A stretch of DNA of 51,908 nt from a virus (taxonomy: Duplodnaviria; Caudoviricetes): IMG/VR virus record IMGVR_UViG_3300047288_000217, positions 1 through 51,908 of that record. One strand, given 5' to 3'. Numbering within the stretch: position 1 is the stretch's first letter; each line of letters begins with the position of its first letter. Positions 24,203-32,349 of this stretch are shown here, one piece after another. The notes under the pieces are model-generated. The model saw only the letters and a program-made list of their open reading frames with translations. It made no database searches and had not been told where the DNA came from. Both the position numbers and the translations under genes were made by a program.

Positions 24203-25398
24203 CCACCTACACCGACGTTTTTGGCGGGGCAAACATCTACCCCAGCGAGATCGACTACAGCGCCGTTGCGCTGGCGGCCGACATTACGCTGAGCTGGCCG
24301 GACGAGACCTCGACCAGCCAGAACCTGGCCACCAAGATCATGGACGTCACTGCGGCGTCCGCTGGCCTGGCCATCACCTTGCCGCCTGCTGACAAAACCG
24401 GCACCGGCCAAACCATCCTGTTCAACAACAAGGGCGCATCGACTTTCACGGTCAAGCGCGCCGATGGCGTGCAAGTCGTCACGGTGGCCTCGGGCACGCT
24501 GTGGCAGATTTACCTCACCAACAACAGCACGGCCGCAGGCACCTGGGTTGCCCTGCAGTACGGCGCATCGACCTCCCAGGTCAACGCTTCGTCGCTGGCC
24601 GGCAACGGCATCGTGGCCACCGGTACGCTGCTGGCGCAGTCTGTGCCCGTCACCGAGTTCAACAGCAACTACACGGCCGGCGAGCAGGACCGGGCCCGCA
24701 TGTTTGTGTGGACCGGCGCAGGCGGCACGCTCACGCTGCCAGCCCCGACGGTCGTTGGCAACAACTGGTTCTGCTACCTGCGCAACTCCGGCTCTGGCGC
24801 CATCGTGGCCGACCCGACCGGTACGGTGCTGATCGACAGCGGTCCGACCCTGTCCTTCCAGCCTGGAGAGTCGGCGATCATCGTTTCGGACGGCGCCAAC
24901 TACTACACGATCGGTTTCGGCCAGTCGGCCACGTTCGCCTTCGACTACACCTCGATCAACGTTTCCGGCTCGGGCAACTACACCCTGACCGGTACCGAGC
25001 TCAACCGCATCGCCTACGGATTCACGGGCGTCCTGACCGGCAACCGCACGATCATCGTCCCGGCCACGGTGCAGCAGTATTGGGTCAACAACGAGACGAC
25101 GGGCCCCTACAACTTCACGGTCCGGACCGCTGCAGGCTCTGGCGTCCTGGTGGCGTCCGGCTCGCGCTCCATCCTGTACTGCGATGGCACCGATGTGGTC
25201 AACGCCGATACGGGCGGCCTGGCCGTGCCGATTCAGGTGTCCGACGGCGGTACCGGCGCAACGACGGCCGGCTCGGCTCGAATCAACCTGGGTGCAACGG
25301 CTGTGGGCGACGCGGTGTTCACTGCCGCAGACGAAAACGCGGCCTATGCTGCGCTTGGCATCGCACCCTTCGGCGTCGTGGTGGGCGGGACGTTCTGA
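24199..25398 (+). CDS. Tail structural/fibre-like protein (399 aa)
   Basis: Beta-rich, LTGNRTIIVP, GGTGATTAGSARINLG; ends GGTF. Confidence 0.75.
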   Translation: MTTYTDVFGGANIYPSEIDYSAVALAADITLSWPDETSTSQNLATKIMDVTAASAGLAITLPPADKTGTGQTILFNNKGASTFTVKRADGVQVVTVASGTLWQIYLTNNSTAAGTWVALQYGASTSQVNASSLAGNGIVATGTLLAQSVPVTEFNSNYTAGEQDRARMFVWTGAGGTLTLPAPTVVGNNWFCYLRNSGSGAIVADPTGTVLIDSGPTLSFQPGESAIIVSDGANYYTIGFGQSATFAFDYTSINVSGSGNYTLTGTELNRIAYGFTGVLTGNRTIIVPATVQQYWVNNETTGPYNFTVRTAAGSGVLVASGSRSILYCDGTDVVNADTGGLAVPIQVSDGGTGATTAGSARINLGATAVGDAVFTAADENAAYAALGIAPFGVVVGGTF

Positions 25399-27227
25399 TG
25401 CCAACCCAGATCCTGCGCTCCCAGCCGGGCATCAAACGCGACGGCACCAAGTTCGAAGGCGACTTCTACGTCGACGGACAGTGGGTGCGGTTTCAGCGCG
25501 GCCTGCCTCGCAAGATCGGTGGGTACCGCTCGATCTCCAAGTACCTGACCGAGATTTCGCGCGGCTTCATGAGCTTCACGCAGCAGCTGTTGCAGTATTG
25601 CCACAGCGGCGGCCCGAGCACGCTTGAGCGATTCACGATCGACGCCAGCAAGAACAGCAGCCTGATTTCCAACCGCACCCCGGTGGCCGTGGCCGCAACT
25701 GGCACTGTGACGCTCACGGGCGGCGCTGGCGGCTCTGTGGACGGCATCACGGTCAACGGCGTGCAGATCATGTCCGGCGCGGTGACGTTCACCGTCGACC
25801 TGGCCACCACGGCTGCGGCGGTGGCCACCAACATCAACCTGCACACCTCGATCCCGGATTACACTGCTGTGGCTGTCGGACCGGTGATCACGATCACGGC
25901 CGCAACCGCAGGCGTTGCCACCAACGGCTACGTGGTCGCGGCGGCAACAACGACCATCACGGCCACCGACACGGACATGGTGGGCGGCTCGGACGCGCTG
26001 GCCGCCTCGGATGCCAATCGCTGGATGTTCCAGGCGGTCTACGACTCCTCGACCGCTTACAACGCGCTGCTCGCGCACGTCTCGCCTAACGGACGCTGTC
26101 TGTGCAACGATGTGGGCGGGCAGATTTTCTACGGCGACCTGCTGGGCACCGCACCGCTGAAAAGCGTGCAGCTTCCCGCTGGTGCCAACGCCACCGGCGG
26201 CATTGTGGCGCTGCACCCGTACCTGTTCTACTACGGCACCGCTGGCATCATCGGCTGGTCCGTGGCCGGCGAGCCCACCGACCTGACTGGCTCCGGCTCT
26301 GGCATCGCCCGGGTGTGGAGCCAGAAAATTGTCAAGGGCATGCCCCTGCGCGCAGGATCGGGCTCGGCACCGGCTGGCATCTTCTGGGCCTACGATGCGG
26401 TGATTCGTGCCACCTTCACGGGCGGCTCGACGGTGTTCCAGTTCGACACAATTGCCACCGACACCTCCATCATGTCGGCAGACTCGGTGGTCGATTACGA
26501 CGGGGTGTTTTTCTGGGCCGGCGTGGACCGGTTCTTCATGTTCAACGGCGTGGTGCGTGATGTGCCCAACCAGATGAACATCAACTACTTCCTCGAGGGA
26601 CTGAACCCGCAGCAGCACAGTAAGGTGTTTGCCTGGAAGGTGCCGCGCTTCGGCGAAATCTGGTGGGCATACCCGAAGGGCGACGCCACCGAATGCACGC
26701 ACGCCGTGATCTACAACGTGCGCGAAAACACCTGGTACGACACCGCGCTGCCGACCTCTGGCCGATCGGCCGGCGGCTACAACAACGCCTTCATGTCGCC
26801 CATCCTGGTCGATGCCGTTCCGACCACCAGCGGCTACCGCACCTGGGTGCATGAGCAGGGCGTCGACGAGATCGACGGCACGCTGGCCGCGCCCATCCAG
26901 TCCTACTTCGAAACGGCGGACCTGTCGTCCATCGTGCAGGGCCAGGACGGCTATCTGCGCATCACCACGATCGAGCCGGACTTCGTGCAAAAGGGCCCGA
27001 TGACCGTGCAGATCACCGGCCGCGCCAACGCCCGCGCCCCCGAGGTGGTCAGCTCGATCTTCACCTTCCCCGAGCAGGCCGACCAGCCTTTCGAGCAGAT
27101 CGTGATGCTCAAGGAGCAGCGCCGCGAGCTGCGCGCCCGCTTTGAGTCCAACGCGCTGTACGGCGACTACCAGATGGGCCAGATCATTGCGCACATCGAA
27201 TCTGGCGACAGGACGGTGCTGGGATGA
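25398..27227 (+). CDS. Tail nozzle / tubular protein B-like (beta-propeller) protein
   Basis: ATG 25398 overlaps upstream stop; PGIKRDGT..WVRFQRGLPRKIGG..FGEIWWAYP..VIYNVRENTWY; 609 aa. Confidence 0.7.
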   Translation: MPTQILRSQPGIKRDGTKFEGDFYVDGQWVRFQRGLPRKIGGYRSISKYLTEISRGFMSFTQQLLQYCHSGGPSTLERFTIDASKNSSLISNRTPVAVAATGTVTLTGGAGGSVDGITVNGVQIMSGAVTFTVDLATTAAAVATNINLHTSIPDYTAVAVGPVITITAATAGVATNGYVVAAATTTITATDTDMVGGSDALAASDANRWMFQAVYDSSTAYNALLAHVSPNGRCLCNDVGGQIFYGDLLGTAPLKSVQLPAGANATGGIVALHPYLFYYGTAGIIGWSVAGEPTDLTGSGSGIARVWSQKIVKGMPLRAGSGSAPAGIFWAYDAVIRATFTGGSTVFQFDTIATDTSIMSADSVVDYDGVFFWAGVDRFFMFNGVVRDVPNQMNINYFLEGLNPQQHSKVFAWKVPRFGEIWWAYPKGDATECTHAVIYNVRENTWYDTALPTSGRSAGGYNNAFMSPILVDAVPTTSGYRTWVHEQGVDEIDGTLAAPIQSYFETADLSSIVQGQDGYLRITTIEPDFVQKGPMTVQITGRANARAPEVVSSIFTFPEQADQPFEQIVMLKEQRRELRARFESNALYGDYQMGQIIAHIESGDRTVLG

Positions 27228-27451
27228 TCATCACACTGCCCACCGGCATGGACCTCATGGACTGGTCCGCCCAGGTCATCCTCGACCTCGACTCCTACGG
27301 AGCCTTCGGACGCCTGAAGGATCCGGAGCGCTGGCAGGATTGGGGTGTGCAGTTCCTGAACAACACGACGATTGGGCGAAACTTGCCGAATCCTTACGGT
27401 TTTAACGATTGGAAAGAATGGGCCGAGAGGCTGGTTGGAGCACTGTCATGA
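27224..27451 (+). CDS. Small Trp-rich conserved protein
   Basis: WQDWG..LPNPYGFNDWKEWAERL; coupled on both sides. Confidence 0.75.
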   Translation: MIITLPTGMDLMDWSAQVILDLDSYGAFGRLKDPERWQDWGVQFLNNTTIGRNLPNPYGFNDWKEWAERLVGALS

Positions 27452-29361
27452 ATCAAGAAATTTTGAACCTTATCCAGAGCAACCCGCAGGCCATGCAGGC
27501 CGTTGGCGAGGCCATCCAGGAGATCATGAACGACGAGGACGTCTCGCCGGAGGCTGTTGACCAGCTCACGCAGATCGTCGAGAGCACGCTCCAAAACCCC
27601 GGCCTGTATCCGCAAACGCGGATGGCCATGATCGAGTCCAACCTGATCGACGCGGACGACCTGCCCGAGCAGTTCGACGAGGTTCTGCTGACCGTGCTGC
27701 TGATCGCGCTCAAGGTCGTGCAAAGCCAGCTCCAGGCAGGCAACACACCCCGTTTCGCACGCGGCGGTCTCAACCAGATTGCACGCATGGGCCGCTACGG
27801 CGACACCATGCTGGCCCACATTTCGCCCGAGGAAGCCCGGATGCTTCGCGCTCGCGGCGGCTCCGGCACGATCAACCCTCAAACGGGCCTGCCTGAGTTC
27901 TGGAGCCTGAAAAAAGCCCTGAAAAAAGTCTTTAAGGCTGTTGCGCCTGTTTTGCCCATCGTCCTGAGCTTTGTGGCCCCTGGCCTGGGGACCGCCATCG
28001 GTACCGCCTTGGGAGCCTCGGGCACAGCTGCCAGCATGCTTGGCAGCGCAGCAATCGGTGGCCTGTCCTCCGCTGCCGCTGGAGGCGATGCGCTGAAGGG
28101 CGCAATCGGCGGGGCCCTGGGCGCTGGCGCTGGTGGTGCTTTGGGCAGCGCGATTGGCGATGCCACGGGTATGACGCTGAGCAACACGGCGCAAAACGTG
28201 CTGGGCAGCTCCCTGATTGGCGGCGCACAAAGCGCGGCCACCGGTGGTGATTTCCTGACAGGCGCTGTTCAAGGCGGCCTTGGCGGCTATGCAGGCAGCA
28301 CGCTCTCTGGCGCGGCCAGCGGCCTTGAGGGCAAGCTCGGCGCTGGATTGCAGACCGCAGGCACGCAGTTTGGCAACGCGCTCACCATGGGCGCGGACCC
28401 CAAGCAGGCGCTGGCCCAGGGCGCTTTGTCTGGATTAGCCGCTGCTTATGCGGCCCCGGCGGCACCAGAGCCAAAATCAATCTACGACATCACGCCCACC
28501 GAGACTGGCGGTCTTGGCCTGAAGGCTCCTTCGGACATTGCCATCGAAGGCCTGAAAGCTCCGGCCGTGAACACCGCCAGCTTCCCATCGGCTGGCCTTG
28601 GCGTGGATTACAGCGTGGACAGCGGCATGACGCCAACGTTCAAAGGCCCAGAAACCATGGCGGCAGATTATTCGCTGTACAGCCAACCTCAAGCCTCCAC
28701 CGTATCAGCGCAGCCCGAAATGGGCACAGGCATTCAGGCATCGCCTCTGAACGCGATCGCGGCCCAAACGGCAGCTGGAACACCTGGAACCAGTGGGACA
28801 GTTGGCAACGCACCAGCCAACAAAGGTTTCAGCATCGGCACTGCGGCCAACATGCTGCCCCTGTTGTCTCTGTTCAGCGCCGCCGAAACGCCCGAGCAGG
28901 TGCAGCAGGTGGTCGCGCAGATGACGCCAGAGCAGCAGGAGTACTTCAACCGCCCGATGCGCACCTGGAATTGGGACACGCTCAGCGCGGCCGCCAAGAT
29001 TCAGGGCCTGCCGATCGGCAGCTACATCGCCCGCAATTGGGACAAGGTCGGCGGCGGCATGTACGACAACCCCGTCGAGGAAGCTCCCAAGCAGCTGGCC
29101 CGTGGCGGCGCTTTGAACCGCCTGGCCCGTGGCGGCGGCTCTGGCCGCGACGACACCATCGATGCCAAGTTGTCGGACGGCGAGTACGTGATGGACGCCG
29201 AGACCGTGGCGCTTTTGGGCGACGGTTCGACCACCGCTGGGGCTCGCCGACTGGACCAGATGCGGGCTAAAATCCGCGAACACAAAGGCAAATCGATGGC
29301 CCGGGGCAAGTTCAGCGCGAACGCCAAATCGCCGTTGGCATACTTGAAAGAGAGCGCATAA
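27448..29361 (+). CDS. Internal virion/ejection protein (637 aa)
   Basis: GRYGDTMLAHISPEEA..GSGTINPQTGLPEF, Gly/Ala hydrophobic tract, C-terminal GRDDTIDAKLSDGEYVMDAETV; ATG 27448. Confidence 0.7.
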   Translation: MNQEILNLIQSNPQAMQAVGEAIQEIMNDEDVSPEAVDQLTQIVESTLQNPGLYPQTRMAMIESNLIDADDLPEQFDEVLLTVLLIALKVVQSQLQAGNTPRFARGGLNQIARMGRYGDTMLAHISPEEARMLRARGGSGTINPQTGLPEFWSLKKALKKVFKAVAPVLPIVLSFVAPGLGTAIGTALGASGTAASMLGSAAIGGLSSAAAGGDALKGAIGGALGAGAGGALGSAIGDATGMTLSNTAQNVLGSSLIGGAQSAATGGDFLTGAVQGGLGGYAGSTLSGAASGLEGKLGAGLQTAGTQFGNALTMGADPKQALAQGALSGLAAAYAAPAAPEPKSIYDITPTETGGLGLKAPSDIAIEGLKAPAVNTASFPSAGLGVDYSVDSGMTPTFKGPETMAADYSLYSQPQASTVSAQPEMGTGIQASPLNAIAAQTAAGTPGTSGTVGNAPANKGFSIGTAANMLPLLSLFSAAETPEQVQQVVAQMTPEQQEYFNRPMRTWNWDTLSAAAKIQGLPIGSYIARNWDKVGGGMYDNPVEEAPKQLARGGALNRLARGGGSGRDDTIDAKLSDGEYVMDAETVALLGDGSTTAGARRLDQMRAKIREHKGKSMARGKFSANAKSPLAYLKESA

Positions 29362-31047
29362 ATGGCCAGCTTGTTTCAGGGTGACCCCCAAAAAGCCACC
29401 TCCTACGTCACCAGCACGACGGAAACCCCGAAGTGGCTGCAGGACGCCATCTACAACCAGATTTACCAGGCCACCAACGTGGCCAACACGCCGTTCACGC
29501 CGTACAAGGGAACCCTGGTCGCCGGTGCAACTCCGCAGCAGCAGCAGGCCTACGATGCCGTCACGGCCAACCAGGGTTTGTGGAAGGCTCCGTTCGAGGC
29601 GGCTCAAACCGGCCTTGAGAAGCTGAGCACAGCGCCTGGCGCCATGACGGCCGCGACGCCGTACATGACCCGGGCCGCCGGCATGAGCCCGCTTGAAGCA
29701 GCGCAGGGCCTGATTTCCCAGGCCACCGGCACCACTGGCGTGAGCGCAGCCACCCCGTACCTTGCCAAACAGGCCGAGCAGCTGGGCGGCATCGACTACA
29801 ACGCCCCAGGCTCTGCCCTGTCGCCCTACGTGCAGCAGGCCATGCAGACCAGCGGCGTCGGCGCCGCATCGCCCTACCTGACGCAACAAGCTGCCGCCCT
29901 GGCCGGCGTTGACACCGGTACCGGCGCGCGCACGCTCTCGCCGTATGTGCAGGCCAGCTTGCAGGGCTCCGGCCTCACCGCTGCCGCCCCGTACATGCAG
30001 CAGGCCGCGCAGACGAGCGCCCAGGACATTGGGCAGTTCTTCAACCCCTACACCGAGTCGGTCACCAACCAGATCGCCAAGCTGGGCGCGCGCAACTTGC
30101 AGGAAAACCTGCTGCCGGCCGTCTCCGACGCTTTCATCCGTGCTGGCCAGTTCGGCGGCACGCGCATGGGCGAGTTTGGTAGCCGCGCACTGCGTGACAC
30201 CCAAGAATCGGTGCTGGCGCAGCAGTCCCAGGCGCTGCAGTCCGGGTATGGCCAAGCTCTGTCCGCCGCTCAGCAGGAAGCCGCACGCCAGGCGCAGTTG
30301 GCCTCGACGGCTGGCGGCCTTGGCACCGCCCAGCAGCAGGCCATTCTGCAAGGTGGGCAGGCGCTCACATCTGCCCAGCAACAGGCCGTGCAGCAGGAAA
30401 TGGCGCGCGCCCAAGCCTTGGGCACCGTGGGCACGCAACTTGGCCAGCTCACGCAGGCTCAGCAGCAAGCCCTGCTCACCGGCGGCCAGGCCCTCACGGC
30501 GGCCGAGCAGCAGGAAATTTCCCAGCGCCTGTCAGGTGCCGGTCAGCTCGGCCAGATCGGCACGCAGCTTGGCGGCCTGACCCAAGCCCAGCAGCAGGCT
30601 CTGCTGAGCGCTGCCCAGCAAACCGGCGCCCTCACCGGTCAGCAGCAGCAGCTCCTGGCCTCGCTTGGATCGCAAGCCGGCCAGCTCACCGCAGCCGACC
30701 TGCAGCGCCAGCAATCGGTGCTCCAGCAGATGGCCACGCAGGCCCAGCAAGGCCAGCAGATGCGCACCCAGGACGTTGCCGCTCTGGAGGCCGCTGGTTT
30801 GTCTCAGCAACAGCTTGCACAGAAGCAGGCCGACGCCGCGTACCAGCAGTACCTTACGGAGCTGCAATACCCCAAGACGCAGCTCGACTGGCTGTCCACG
30901 CAAGTTCGCGGCATGGCGCCCAACGTGCAGTCGGCGACCACGCAGAGCGGTACCACCACGGGCCAAACTTACTCGGCATCGCCGCTGCAGCAACTGGCGA
31001 CCGGTCTGTCTGCATCTGCCGGCCTGAGCAAGTTGCTCGGCGGTTAA
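29362..31047 (+). CDS. Internal virion/DNA-ejection protein, Gln/Ala-rich
   Basis: TETPKWLQD, FFNPYTESV, AGQFGGTR; QAQQQAL and SPY repeats. Confidence 0.7.
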   Translation: MASLFQGDPQKATSYVTSTTETPKWLQDAIYNQIYQATNVANTPFTPYKGTLVAGATPQQQQAYDAVTANQGLWKAPFEAAQTGLEKLSTAPGAMTAATPYMTRAAGMSPLEAAQGLISQATGTTGVSAATPYLAKQAEQLGGIDYNAPGSALSPYVQQAMQTSGVGAASPYLTQQAAALAGVDTGTGARTLSPYVQASLQGSGLTAAAPYMQQAAQTSAQDIGQFFNPYTESVTNQIAKLGARNLQENLLPAVSDAFIRAGQFGGTRMGEFGSRALRDTQESVLAQQSQALQSGYGQALSAAQQEAARQAQLASTAGGLGTAQQQAILQGGQALTSAQQQAVQQEMARAQALGTVGTQLGQLTQAQQQALLTGGQALTAAEQQEISQRLSGAGQLGQIGTQLGGLTQAQQQALLSAAQQTGALTGQQQQLLASLGSQAGQLTAADLQRQQSVLQQMATQAQQGQQMRTQDVAALEAAGLSQQQLAQKQADAAYQQYLTELQYPKTQLDWLSTQVRGMAPNVQSATTQSGTTTGQTYSASPLQQLATGLSASAGLSKLLGG

Positions 31048-31062
31048 TTTTTGGAGGCGCAC

Positions 31063-32349
31063 ATGCCATCGATCTACGACCTGGCCTCGAACTACGACCT
31101 CGGCGAAATGGGCGGCGCGCCCGGCATTCGCCTGCCCGTGGCCGAGGCCCCCATCGTTGCAGCACCGGCTGCCGCGCCTGTTGCCGCTGTTGCTCCCGTG
31201 GCGCTGCCTGGCGCCGAGGCTGTCGGTGATGGCCGCAACCAGCAGCTCCTGTCGCTGCTCGGTCGGTACTTCCCCCAGGGTGACGAGTACGGCCCAGAGC
31301 TCAAGGCCGCACGCGCCACGATGACCAAGGAGTCCGAGGCCTTCAACAAGCTGCTCCAGGACGCCATCAAACAGCCCCAGGAAACCGGCCCGAGCAAGGC
31401 CGAGATGTATTTCCGCCTGGCCGCAGCCTTTGGAGCCCCGACCAAGACCGGCAACTTCATGGAGTCGCTGGGCAAGGCCGGCGAGGCCGCTGCCACCATG
31501 AACAAGGAGCAGCGCGAGGCTGCCCAGGCAGAGCGCGCACGCCGCCTGCAGCTTGGCCTGGAGGCGCAAAAGCTGCGCATGACCGGAGCCAAGGAGGACC
31601 TGAACACGCTGCGCCTGCTCGCCGCCGAGGGCATGAAGGACAAGCGCACGATCGCCACCGAGCTGATCAAGGACTATGTGAAGTCCGGCCAGGCTCAGTC
31701 CACCGCAGGCAAGCAGGCTCAGGACGAGGGCCTGGTGCCTGGCACGCCCGAGTTTCAAAAGCGCGTCGGCCAGATCGCCGAAATGAACGTCGAAAAGCAG
31801 ATGGCCCAGATCAACGCGACGCTGGCCAACATGGGCACCGCCCAGGCCAACCTTGCGTTGGCCCAGCAAAAGTTCGACTTCCAGCAGACCCAGGCCGCCA
31901 AGTTGACCGCGCCCGAGCTGAAGCTCAAGACCGAAACCGAGGATTCGCTGAGCACGCTCAAGGGCTCCATGGGAGTTTTGAAGCGCGCCTTCGACCTCAA
32001 CAAAAACAGCATGTCCGGCTCCCTGGTCGACAAGGCTGCTCGCGTTGCGCTGGAAACCGCTGGTTCCAAGGACCCGGTGCTGCTCAACACGCAGGAACTG
32101 GAAAACCTGCTGACGGACCAGATGATCACCTCAGCCTCTGAAAAAATGAAGGGCGTGCTGTCCGATTCGGACATCAAGTTGCTGTCTGCGGTGTCTGGCG
32201 CCAAATCCAAAAACCAGGAAGAGCGCAAGCGCATCATGATCAACGCCTACGGCGCCCTGCAGCGCGGCATGGCCAAGCAGCAAAAGCGCCTCAACGAGAT
32301 CAACCAGGGTCTGTACCGCGAAACCTCACCCGCTGGAGGGCTTGAATAA
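31063..32349 (+). CDS. Internal virion/ejection protein (helical, 428 aa)
   Basis: GGAGG RBS, ATG 31063; KGVLSDSDIKLL; position in core-protein block. Confidence 0.65.
   Translation: MPSIYDLASNYDLGEMGGAPGIRLPVAEAPIVAAPAAAPVAAVAPVALPGAEAVGDGRNQQLLSLLGRYFPQGDEYGPELKAARATMTKESEAFNKLLQDAIKQPQETGPSKAEMYFRLAAAFGAPTKTGNFMESLGKAGEAAATMNKEQREAAQAERARRLQLGLEAQKLRMTGAKEDLNTLRLLAAEGMKDKRTIATELIKDYVKSGQAQSTAGKQAQDEGLVPGTPEFQKRVGQIAEMNVEKQMAQINATLANMGTAQANLALAQQKFDFQQTQAAKLTAPELKLKTETEDSLSTLKGSMGVLKRAFDLNKNSMSGSLVDKAARVALETAGSKDPVLLNTQELENLLTDQMITSASEKMKGVLSDSDIKLLSAVSGAKSKNQEERKRIMINAYGALQRGMAKQQKRLNEINQGLYRETSPAGGLE

Noticed and set aside
24501-25397. 908-aa version of the nozzle gene
   Set aside because: The upstream part overlaps the 24199-25398 gene in another frame; ATG 25398 is coupled to its stop
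27448-29361. Tape-measure protein of a long-tailed phage
   Set aside because: The C-terminal motif is TMP-like, but no tail tube, sheath, chaperone frameshift pair or baseplate genes are present; the context fits podoviral internal proteins
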